Below are positions 8,780-17,243 of a stretch of DNA of 30,509 bases, piece after piece. Below the pieces are notes generated by a model that saw only the letters and a list, made by a program, of their open reading frames with translations, was not told the DNA's origin and ran no database searches. This stretch comes from Candidatus Rifleibacteriota bacterium (lineage in GTDB: Bacteria; Muiribacteriota; Ozemobacteria; Ozemobacterales; Ozemobacteraceae): positions 1 to 30,509 of the forward strand of contig JBNJGH010000035.1 of the NCBI GenBank assembly GCA_051747585.1. The letters are read 5' to 3'. Position 1 is the first letter of the stretch. The number at the start of each line of letters is the position of its first letter. Both the position numbers and the translations under genes were made by a program.

Positions 8780-11356
8780 ATGAAAGCTCGCAAAAAAAAA
8801 CAGGATTTATCATTTTACTTGACCGATGCCGATCGGCAAATTCTTGCCGGTGAAATTGAGTTTGCCGATGGTTCAGAAGTGCTTTCGGCAGCCACACTTA
8901 CACCGGACGGGACCTGGTTTTCTTTGCGAGTTCTTGCCCGCGGTAACGAAGATTCCGCTCCGGCTGTGATTAAAGGCTTAAAGCCCGGCGATATACTTTT
9001 ACACAACCATCCGTCCGGCAATCTTCAACCCTCACAGGCTGATATGGGTATAGCTTCGATATGCGGAAACTCTGGTATCGGTTTTGCAATTCATGATAAT
9101 TACTGCAACGAAGTTTATATCGTGGTAGAACCTTTCCAGGAGCAGGCTCACGAGTTGCTCGACACTGATGAGATGCAGAATTTTATTTCATCAGAAGGAA
9201 AAATTGCCGGGCTGATCGACAACTTTGAAGAGCGTGATGGTCAGAAGCAGCTGATGAATTTGGTCGTAGAAGCCTTAAATGATTCGAACCATGCTGTTAT
9301 AGAGGGTGAAACTGGAATCGGAAAGAGTATGGCATACCTCATTCCAGCAATATATTTCGCCCGAAAAAATAAATGCCGGGTCGCTGTTTCAACTAACACA
9401 ATAAACTTGCAGCATCAGCTGGTTAATAAAGATCTACCCATGATTTCTTCGGTTTTACCAATTGATTTCAGATATTGCCTGGTTAAAGGAAGACGAAATT
9501 ATCTTTGTTTGCGCAAAATTCAAGAGTATTTGAATTCGGAAACCGGTGAGTTCTTGCTCGAAAGCGAAGAACTGGGGCAGTTTCAGCGCCTTGTATCCTG
9601 GGCTGAGAAAACTACCGATGGTTCTTTGACTGATTTAAACTGGGTTCCGATTGACTCACTATGGGAAAAAGTCAGCTGTGATAAGGATAGTTGCCCGGGA
9701 ATCAATTGTGCAGATTATAATGAATGCTTTTTTTACTCCGCAAGAAGAAAGGCATCTGAAGCCGATATTCTTGTCGTAAATCATCATTTGCTTTTTTCTG
9801 ATCTGGCTTTGAGATCTGTTACCTCTGAATATAACCAGACCGCAGTTATACCGGCATGCAAGTCGGTGATATTTGATGAAGCCCATAATCTTGAAGAAAC
9901 TGCTACCCGACATTTTGGCTTTAGAACTACTGCCCTTGGAATCCAGAGATTGCTGGGAAAAATTTACAAAAAAAGAGGCCGACGCGAAAATGGCACTTTT
10001 GCAATGCTTTATTCGGCATTGAGTTTTGGTCATGGTTCATTTTCAGATGCGCAGCGAAGCGAATTCCTCGAAGAAATTAGAACCACCTTGATCCCCGCAA
10101 GGCTCGAGATTGAAGATTTGCGCAGAACATTTTTTGATGCGTTGACACACTTTGTGGTAGATCCGCAAACGGCACATTTTGGCGAGCATCGCCTGAGAAT
10201 TAAAGCCGAAGTTCAGAATCGAGAAAACTTTTCTACTCTTTCTCATTTTGCTTTTAAATTAAAAGATGAGTGTAATCGGCTTGCAAAAAACATGAAAAAG
10301 CTTTTGCGCAAATTAAAAGCTATGATAAGCGATGATGAAGAAGAGAGAAGCCATTTTGATATTCCGCTTACCGAATTGCTTTCTTATGCCGGTAGACTCG
10401 AAGAAACCGGTTGTGCCATTCAGATGATGTTTGAACTCGAACAGCCCGACAGAGATCTTTATGTTCATTTCTTTACTGTGATGGTTAGAAGAAGCGGCGT
10501 TTACCCTGCTTTTCATTCTTTACCAATAGTTGTAGCCAAGCCTATGCTCGATTATTGCTTTAAAAAAATAAGTAGTGCCATTCTCCTGTCTGGAACGCTT
10601 ACAACTCGTAAAAATTTCAGTTTTATTAAAAAAAGGCTTGGTCTTGACAGCGAAGAAATTGAAAAAACTCCTGCTGAAGGTCGTTTTATATCGCCTTTTA
10701 ACTATGCCGATCAGGCCAGATTGCTTATTCCTTCAGATATTCCCGAGCCTTCGAGCCCTATGTATACCGAGGCTTTGGCTCAGCCGCTTCTCGATATTAT
10801 ACGGGCGTCGGGTGGGGGAGCGCTTATTCTTTGCACCTCATATTCCCATTTGAACTATTTTTATGAGAATTTGTCCGGGCAACTAATGGCTGAAGGTTTT
10901 GAATGTTACCGTCAGGGAGAAATTGAAAGGCATTATTTGCTTGAGTTGTTCAAAGAAGATGGCAATGCTGTGTTATTTGCCACTCATAGTTTCTGGGAAG
11001 GGGTTGATATCCCCGGCTCGGCCTTGCGCAATCTGGTTATTACCAAGTTACCCTTTGCTGCGCCAAACGATCCGGTTTTGCAGGCACGCAACGAAAAAAT
11101 AAAAGAAGAGGGGGGCAACCCTTTTCGTGACTACCAACTGCCAATGGCTGCCATAAAGCTTAAACAGGGGTTTGGTCGTCTTATCCGTAAAAAAACTGAC
11201 CAGGGCGCTATTTGGATTTTAGATCGTAGAATTATAAGTAAAAGTTATGGCAGTTATTTTCTTGATTCACTGCCTGGTGTTCCGGTTTTAAGAGGTAAAA
11301 TCAAAGTCTTGACCAGAATGGCTCAGGAATTTTTTGAACGGCACTACGATTTTTAA
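8780..11356 (+). CDS. DinG/YoaA family Fe-S DNA helicase with N-terminal JAB/MPN-like domain
   Basis: HNHPSGNLQPSQAD (JAB), ETGIGKS (Walker A), KGRRNYLC, Fe-S cysteines, DEAH, FWEGVDIPG, QGFGRLIR. The upstream ORF extension overlaps pfp, so the start is placed at 8780. Confidence 0.9.
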   Translation: MKARKKKQDLSFYLTDADRQILAGEIEFADGSEVLSAATLTPDGTWFSLRVLARGNEDSAPAVIKGLKPGDILLHNHPSGNLQPSQADMGIASICGNSGIGFAIHDNYCNEVYIVVEPFQEQAHELLDTDEMQNFISSEGKIAGLIDNFEERDGQKQLMNLVVEALNDSNHAVIEGETGIGKSMAYLIPAIYFARKNKCRVAVSTNTINLQHQLVNKDLPMISSVLPIDFRYCLVKGRRNYLCLRKIQEYLNSETGEFLLESEELGQFQRLVSWAEKTTDGSLTDLNWVPIDSLWEKVSCDKDSCPGINCADYNECFFYSARRKASEADILVVNHHLLFSDLALRSVTSEYNQTAVIPACKSVIFDEAHNLEETATRHFGFRTTALGIQRLLGKIYKKRGRRENGTFAMLYSALSFGHGSFSDAQRSEFLEEIRTTLIPARLEIEDLRRTFFDALTHFVVDPQTAHFGEHRLRIKAEVQNRENFSTLSHFAFKLKDECNRLAKNMKKLLRKLKAMISDDEEERSHFDIPLTELLSYAGRLEETGCAIQMMFELEQPDRDLYVHFFTVMVRRSGVYPAFHSLPIVVAKPMLDYCFKKISSAILLSGTLTTRKNFSFIKKRLGLDSEEIEKTPAEGRFISPFNYADQARLLIPSDIPEPSSPMYTEALAQPLLDIIRASGGGALILCTSYSHLNYFYENLSGQLMAEGFECYRQGEIERHYLLELFKEDGNAVLFATHSFWEGVDIPGSALRNLVITKLPFAAPNDPVLQARNEKIKEEGGNPFRDYQLPMAAIKLKQGFGRLIRKKTDQGAIWILDRRIISKSYGSYFLDSLPGVPVLRGKIKVLTRMAQEFFERHYDF

Positions 11357-11386
11357 ATAACAGCTTTTAAAAAATAAATAATAACT

Positions 11387-11756
11387 CAGCAATTCTCAGT
11401 GAACCGCTATTAGCTGGTCTTCAAAAGTTTTTGCTTGATTTATTACTGTTAAATATAGAATTTTTACCACTGAGGTCACTGAGGGCACCGAGACGATTTT
11501 AAAATCTTTTTCAGCCTTTTTTTCCCGCATCAGTAACCCCTCAGAAAAACACTAGTGCTTTTCTGAGGGGTTACTGATGCCGAAAAAGCCGGACGGCAAA
11601 GCCGCCGGCTGATTGTCCAATGGACAATCATAGGCTGAAAAAGATTCTCTGTGTAACTCGGTGAGCTCTGTGGTTTTTTTCTGGCGGCTTTGAGGGTTGG
11701 TGTGAGGAAAATCCTTTTTCTTAAACGAGTTAATAATGGCTAACCGAGAATTACTA
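11387..11756 (-). mobile_element. Nested MITE-like element, copy 2 (370 bp; shell inverted relative to copies 1 and 3)
   Basis: Ends CAGCAATTCTC / GAGAATTACTA; flanking direct repeat ATAATAACT (11378-11386, 11757-11765); inner IRs 11503-11516 / 11633-11646; perfect 22-bp hairpin arms 11527-11548 / 11559-11580. Left arm matches the reverse complement of the copy 1 right arm. Confidence 0.85.
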
Positions 11757-11782
11757 ATAATAACTTGTATTTATTCGAAAAT

Positions 11783-11811
11783 TTGACCACTGAGTGCTGC
11801 TGACTTATAAT
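11783..11811 (+). promoter_or_regulatory. Putative sigma70 promoter
   Basis: TTGACC-N17-TATAAT upstream of the GGGGG RBS and ATG 11840. Confidence 0.55.
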
Positions 11812-11839
11812 GATTTTAACAAACTTAATGGGGGGAACT

Positions 11840-12094
11840 ATGAAAAGAAATATTCTTTGTATACTTGTTGGTAAAAGAAAAGATACCGCTGTAAATGTTC
11901 AAAAAATTCTTACCGCCTGGGGTTGTCTTATCAAAACAAGACTCGGATTACATGACGGAACTCTTGAAGACTGCTCAGAATCAGGAGTAATTTTACTCGA
12001 GCTTGTTGGTGAAGAAGATAAAATTAAAGAACTTTCAAGAAAACTCGAGTTGCTGGAAGATGTTCAGTCAGAACTGGTCGAATTAAAGCTTTAA
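11840..12094 (+). CDS. Small ACT-like protein (iron-only hydrogenase system regulator / TM1266-like)
   Basis: 84 aa; VQKILTAWGCLIKTRLGLHD...GVILLEL pattern as recalled for this family; RBS GGGGGA. Confidence 0.65.
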   Translation: MKRNILCILVGKRKDTAVNVQKILTAWGCLIKTRLGLHDGTLEDCSESGVILLELVGEEDKIKELSRKLELLEDVQSELVELKL

Positions 12095-12122
12095 TTAAGC
12101 AAATTAAAGAAAAATAACATGG

Positions 12123-12149
12123 TTCCGGGACGATTCATTCGTCCCGGAA
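12123..12149. terminator. Hairpin between convergent genes, possible terminator
   Basis: TTCCGGGACGA-ttcat-TCGTCCCGGAA, a perfect 11-bp stem overlapping the ankyrin gene stop. Confidence 0.5.
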
Positions 12150-13406
12150 TTGTTTTATAGCAGAAACTATTTCTGGATTCTTTGACTTCTCTGCAATTTG
12201 TCTAAGGTTCATACCGGATGAATTTTTTACATGGGTGCTTGCCCCGGCAAAGATCAAACTTTTTACTATCTGGGGCTGATTCATTTCAATTGCATAAATC
12301 AAAGCGTTGTTGCCACTTTTATCCATTCGATCGGTAAGAACGCCATATTCGAGAAGAAGAGCGACTATATCCTGGTATTTCTTTTTAACCGCAATAATAA
12401 GGCAGGTTTGCCCTTGCAGGTTTTTAACTTCAGGGTCAGCGCCAACTTCTAACAATTTTCTGCAGATTTTGACATTTCCATTTTCTGTGGCCAGCAATAA
12501 GGGCGTTACCTGGTGCTCGTTGTCTACTGCGTGAATGTCGGCATTATGGTTTAAAAGTATTTCTGTTGCTTCTTCATTGTTGCCCTTAATGGCCTCCATT
12601 AAGAGAGTCCAGCCATTTTGATCGAATTCAAAAACCAGGTCTGGAAATTCGTTGATTAGCGATAATAATTCAGCTAAGCGATTTTCTCGCAGCAACTGCA
12701 CAGCTTTTTCAAACATGCCGCTAATCAAATATTCTCGGCGATTAGCGTTTATTGCATCTATGAGCTCTTGAACCCGTGATTTTGGTAATGGCGCCGGTGG
12801 GTTTTCATAAAGTTTAGCAAGGTCTGAGAGGCTGTCATTAAGCATGGCATGAATAATCAGGCTTTGAGATTGCTTAAAGTTTGCCAGCAGGCATTCAAGC
12901 CCCTGAACATATAACACCGGCAGGTCATTACTTTTGCCGAAACCTGTTAGAAATCTGGCAAAGCCAAAGTTAAGCCTGTTTTGTTTCAGTCTTTCAAAAT
13001 AAATACAGGCGTTCTGGGCTTTTTGTATACGAATTACTATATCGTTGTCTCGAAATGCGATTGCCCATGAAAGTCTTGCCAGTTTAAGCGTCTGGGTAAC
13101 CTTTTTTAAATTACAGGCAAGTTCTGCAGCAACTGAATTCATGTACTCGGTTTGCTTTAAATTAAGCATGTAGGGGTGTTCTTCGTTGCTTAAAAATAAA
13201 GTTAAAGCTGCTGAGTCACGATGAAGCCTTACCAGCAACAAAAATTCATAAAATTTTTGCCAGCCAAGCAAAACAGGGTCAACCGGCGGATTGTCGAGCA
13301 GGCGGCTTTTCATTTCGCGGCTCAGGTCAAGGCCTTTCTCAAATTTTTCCTGTTTGAGAAGTGATGTAATCTGATTCAAATAAAAATTAAAAACATTTTC
13401 TGTCAT
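12135..13406 (-). CDS. Ankyrin-repeat protein with helical N-terminal domain
   Basis: C-terminal repeats GWTLLMEA, VTPLLLA, GQTCLIIA, GNNALIYA, each followed by LL..GAD-type motifs. Confidence 0.85.
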   Translation of the reverse strand: MTENVFNFYLNQITSLLKQEKFEKGLDLSREMKSRLLDNPPVDPVLLGWQKFYEFLLLVRLHRDSAALTLFLSNEEHPYMLNLKQTEYMNSVAAELACNLKKVTQTLKLARLSWAIAFRDNDIVIRIQKAQNACIYFERLKQNRLNFGFARFLTGFGKSNDLPVLYVQGLECLLANFKQSQSLIIHAMLNDSLSDLAKLYENPPAPLPKSRVQELIDAINANRREYLISGMFEKAVQLLRENRLAELLSLINEFPDLVFEFDQNGWTLLMEAIKGNNEEATEILLNHNADIHAVDNEHQVTPLLLATENGNVKICRKLLEVGADPEVKNLQGQTCLIIAVKKKYQDIVALLLEYGVLTDRMDKSGNNALIYAIEMNQPQIVKSLIFAGASTHVKNSSGMNLRQIAEKSKNPEIVSAIKQFRDE

Positions 13407-13408
13407 TG

Positions 13409-13783
13409 TTAATCTATGTAACCGTGGTCTATACCTTCCGGAGTTTCATTGCAGGAAACTTTAACCTTGTCATCTTCGTCTTGAATCCAGTAACTGCCGC
13501 CCGATGGGCATACGGGCTTTTTCTTCAGATAGCCCATTTCTACCAAAGTATCTACTTTTAAATCTTCGTTGTCCAGCCTTGGATGTTCGGTCTGTAACAA
13601 AAAAACAGCTTCGTGAATTATTCTCATGTTTTCACGGCAGCTTGTTTTTCGAATTTTTCTTCTTATTTCACCGAAGCTGTAAGCTGCAAGCCCTAATAAA
13701 ATAGCCATGATTGCAATTACAATCATCAGCTCGATTAAAGTGAAACCTTTTGTTTTTTTGCTTTTTATTTTGAAATCAATCAT
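13409..13783 (-). CDS. Prepilin / type II secretion pseudopilin-like protein
   Basis: KG|FTLIELMIVIAIMAIL type IV N-methylation motif; CPSGGSY. Confidence 0.9.
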   Translation of the reverse strand: MIDFKIKSKKTKGFTLIELMIVIAIMAILLGLAAYSFGEIRRKIRKTSCRENMRIIHEAVFLLQTEHPRLDNEDLKVDTLVEMGYLKKKPVCPSGGSYWIQDEDDKVKVSCNETPEGIDHGYID

Positions 13784-13914
13784 TATTGCTTTTTGGGAAT
13801 TTTGCCTAAACTTAATTGTATATACAATTTATGTAAAGAAATTTTTAATATAAAGTTGAACAATTTTAAACTTAAAGCTATTCTTTAGGCAAATAGAAAA
13901 AGGTGAGGCATTGC

Positions 13915-14958
13915 ATGAGTCTAACAAGAAAAATTATTCTTAAAACTTTAGAAACGGGCCTGATTCCGGAAAAAGCAACCAGAGCCTGGGTTAGATATTT
14001 ATGCAGGGAAGCTGTCCTGAGAGCCTCACTTGGCGACATAGAAGCCCGACATGCCGTTTACAGGCAAATAATTAAAGACTTTAAAAGAGGTATAGGCCTA
14101 AAGTTTAAAGCTGTGTTAGATGAACAGCCTGCAGATATGAATGCTGAATTTTTTGAGTTGTTTCTTGGGAAAAGGTTGTTAAACAGCAGTTCTTATTTCC
14201 CAACAGGCGCAGAAGACCTCGAAGAAGCCGAAGAAACAATGCTATGGATGACAGCAGATCGTGCCAGAATAAGAGATGGAATGAAAATTCTTGAACTGGG
14301 TTGCGGATGGGGTTCCATGTCTTTCTGGCTGGCAAGGCAATACCCCGAAGTTAAAATTGTCACAGTAACAGACTCGGTTGCCAGGCAGATTTATCTGCAG
14401 AAAAAAATCAATGAGCAGAATCTCGAAAATATAGAAGTCTTAACCCGTGATTTTGAAGATCTTGATTTTAAGCCTGAATTTGATCGTATTATTTCGGTTG
14501 GCAGGTTCGACTTTATTGCCGGTAATTCTGACTGGCAAACGAGATGCTCAAACTGGCTAAAAGAAGACGGCATGTTATTTTTACAAACTACAGCTCACGA
14601 CGAGTTTGCTTATTATCTTGAAACTGTTGGTTTAAAACATATCCCTGGTAATGTGGTTGCCAGAGAAAAGCTTTGTTTATCTGCCGATATGCCGTTGAAT
14701 TTTCAAAAAAGATTATCAATACTAGATTTTTGGAAAATTAGCGGAGACCACTATAAAAAAACTGCAGAAAAGTGGCTTGAACGTTTTTATTGTAATCGTC
14801 AGACAATTTTACCCGTATTGGAAAAAAGTTACGGCAAAAAAATGGCCTGGACCTGGTTTCAGCGCTGGCGCTTTTATTTGATAACTCTTGTAGAGCAATT
14901 TGGTTTTAATAGAGGACAGAGCTGGATCACCTGCCAATACCTTTATAAAAAGAAATAA
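13915..14958 (+). CDS. SAM-dependent methyltransferase, cyclopropane-fatty-acid synthase-like
   Basis: EFFELFLG, ILELGCGWGS, FDRIISV, HYKKTAEKW, WFQRWRFY. Putative promoter TTGAAC-N17-TATTCT at 13856-13884. Confidence 0.8.
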   Translation: MSLTRKIILKTLETGLIPEKATRAWVRYLCREAVLRASLGDIEARHAVYRQIIKDFKRGIGLKFKAVLDEQPADMNAEFFELFLGKRLLNSSSYFPTGAEDLEEAEETMLWMTADRARIRDGMKILELGCGWGSMSFWLARQYPEVKIVTVTDSVARQIYLQKKINEQNLENIEVLTRDFEDLDFKPEFDRIISVGRFDFIAGNSDWQTRCSNWLKEDGMLFLQTTAHDEFAYYLETVGLKHIPGNVVAREKLCLSADMPLNFQKRLSILDFWKISGDHYKKTAEKWLERFYCNRQTILPVLEKSYGKKMAWTWFQRWRFYLITLVEQFGFNRGQSWITCQYLYKKK

Positions 14959-14966
14959 GGGGTATT

Positions 14967-15380
14967 TTAGATTCCTTTTTCTTTTTTAATTTTTTCAAAG
15001 GCTTCGTTAAGTTTCTGGCTTTCTTTTTGGGCAGTTTTTTTTATTTCCGGCCCAAGATTTTCGACAAGATCCGGATGATATTGTCTGATTTTTTGCAGAT
15101 ACAGGGCCTTTATTGCTTTAAAATCTGCAGTTCTGCTTACTCCAAGAATTTCGTAAGGATCGGTAATATTTTCTTTTGTTTCACCTTTTGGGGCCGAACT
15201 TTTTTTTCTAAAATCATCAACTAACGGCTTGAAAAAGAAATAATAAACAACCAGTAAAATTATTAGAAGATCATCTATCCTACCCACTCTACCAAGAAAA
15301 TCCGGAATAATATCAGTTGGCAAAATAGTATAAAGAACCGCCAGAATTAAAAACAGGATCATTCTGACGGTTCTTTTCAT
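14967..15380 (-). CDS. DUF1232/YkvA membrane domain fused to J-domain
   Basis: LYTILPTDIIPDFLGRVGRIDD (DUF1232) plus DPYEILGV...YHPD...LNEAFEKI (J-domain with HPD). Confidence 0.85.
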   Translation of the reverse strand: MKRTVRMILFLILAVLYTILPTDIIPDFLGRVGRIDDLLIILLVVYYFFFKPLVDDFRKKSSAPKGETKENITDPYEILGVSRTADFKAIKALYLQKIRQYHPDLVENLGPEIKKTAQKESQKLNEAFEKIKKEKGI

Positions 15381-15389
15381 AAGTCGTAA

Positions 15390-16130
15390 CTAGTCTCTAT
15401 TAAGATATGATAGTAAACGCAGTATTTCCAGATACAGCCATACAAGTGTTACGAGCAGACCAAATGCGGCATACCATTCGAAATAGGCTGGGGCACCTGC
15501 TTGAGCACCTTTTACGATTACATCGAAATCAAGTATTAAATTTAACGCAGCTATTACTACGACAACGAGACTGAAGATGATGCCCATAGGGCCGCTGGAA
15601 AAAATAGGCGGAACTAACCCGAACATGCTTAAAACAAAAGATATGAGGTAAGTAAAGGCAATACCCATAGTAGCTGCAATAATACCGGTTCTAAACTTTT
15701 CGGTAACTCTTATGATACCGGAGCGATAAAGAAATAACATTGCTCCGGCAGTAAAAAAGGTTAAAAGAATTGCCTGAAGCACAATTCCACCATAGGCTTG
15801 ATTATATATTGCCGAAATTCCACCAATCGCCAGGCCTTCAAAGCCTGCGTAGACAGGTGCGGTAAAGCGGGCCGAAGAAGGTGAAAAAATAGTAATGATT
15901 GCGGTTATAAGACCACCGATTATGCCAAGTAGCATTAAACCTTGAACCGAGGCCGGATTGGCATAAGCCATGCGCCAGGTAAAACTGGCGGAAACAAAAA
16001 GAAGCAGCAATAAAAAGAAAGATTTATTGGTCGCGCCGTTTATGGTCATTGCGTTTGTTTGACCGGTTCCGGCTCTTTCAAAAATTTCAGGTTTCATTGC
16101 AGGATTAGAGGTTCTGCTGAATCTACTCAT
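15390..16130 (-). CDS. Bax inhibitor-1/YccA family membrane protein
   Basis: About 7 TM helices; SNP, YAGFEG, LDFD, EWYAAFGLLVTLVWLYLEILRLL. Confidence 0.9.
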   Translation of the reverse strand: MSRFSRTSNPAMKPEIFERAGTGQTNAMTINGATNKSFFLLLLLFVSASFTWRMAYANPASVQGLMLLGIIGGLITAIITIFSPSSARFTAPVYAGFEGLAIGGISAIYNQAYGGIVLQAILLTFFTAGAMLFLYRSGIIRVTEKFRTGIIAATMGIAFTYLISFVLSMFGLVPPIFSSGPMGIIFSLVVVVIAALNLILDFDVIVKGAQAGAPAYFEWYAAFGLLVTLVWLYLEILRLLSYLNRD

Positions 16131-16162
16131 AACTTTTTCCTCCTTGTAGTAACGGAAAGAAT

Positions 16163-17176
16163 TTAAATCTTCTGATACTTTTCGACCTCAATCAAACCTT
16201 TTTCAAGATCTTCGAGGCCTGATCTTATGTCGTCAACTTCTTTTACCATAGCATTTGAAGAAGCTTTTAAGGTCATAATATCAGTAAATTTAAGTGTGTT
16301 CATTTTATCCATAAGACTCGAGAACATTTCATGCATTTGAATTTTCTGCATTTTCACTCTATTTAGACATGTTTCGAGTCTATTTAGTTCCGCAATTCTT
16401 TTTTCTTTCATTTTTATTGTGGCTTTAAGTTGTTCTTTTGTTACTTCGTCTTCTGTTTCTTCTATTGTGTCTTCGAAATTTTTAATTTCTTTTTGAATTT
16501 TATCTTTATCGATACTGTTTAAAAAAGCAGAAAGCCCGGCACTTCTGACCATTACTCTTGCATGGTCTTTTTGTAGCTGTTCGACTTGTGCAATGGTTTT
16601 CTTTAAAGCTCTTTGAATAGGTTCGTTAGATTTATCATAATTCTTTTTAACTTTTACCAGTTCTCTTTCAACTTCAGTGAATTCATTAAGATCATCTTCT
16701 AAAAGCAGCTCCGGTTCGATATCGCTTTGGGAAAGTTTCAAAATTTTGCGTTTTATATAATTCTGGTTGAGATTGGTAGCCAGGCCGGTTGCCCGCGAAG
16801 CAATAGAGGACATTGTTACTCCGCGCTGAAAGGCTAAAGTAACTAATACAGCTATAATGGCTACAACAGAAGATATACTCAGGCCGGCAGCCCAGACAAT
16901 AAAAGGCGCTGTTGCTAAAACCATCGGGGTAAAGCAGTAGCTGGCATCTTTTTCTTTTATCGCTATGATGGTCGAAACAAAAAACAACAACCAGAATAAC
17001 AACGAAAGCTCTACATAGGGTGGCGAAATTTTCTGGGCAATTATCAGATAGGTATTAACCATTAAAGCAGAAAAAGAGGCCAGGGTGCGGTGAAGCTTCG
17101 AATGAGCTTCTACCGACACCGATCTTTGTAAAGGCTTAACTGAAACTGTTTGTAAATTCTTATTGCTATTTCCCAT
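16163..17176 (-). CDS. Hypothetical membrane-anchored coiled-coil protein
   Basis: 3-4 N-terminal hydrophobic helices followed by about 200 aa of charged heptad-rich helix. Confidence 0.7.
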   Translation of the reverse strand: MGNSNKNLQTVSVKPLQRSVSVEAHSKLHRTLASFSALMVNTYLIIAQKISPPYVELSLLFWLLFFVSTIIAIKEKDASYCFTPMVLATAPFIVWAAGLSISSVVAIIAVLVTLAFQRGVTMSSIASRATGLATNLNQNYIKRKILKLSQSDIEPELLLEDDLNEFTEVERELVKVKKNYDKSNEPIQRALKKTIAQVEQLQKDHARVMVRSAGLSAFLNSIDKDKIQKEIKNFEDTIEETEDEVTKEQLKATIKMKEKRIAELNRLETCLNRVKMQKIQMHEMFSSLMDKMNTLKFTDIMTLKASSNAMVKEVDDIRSGLEDLEKGLIEVEKYQKI

Positions 17177-17243
17177 TGTTTTCCCCGGCTGAAATTTTAA
17201 CTATATAATAGTCTATTGTTTATAGCTTATAAAGCAAATTTCT

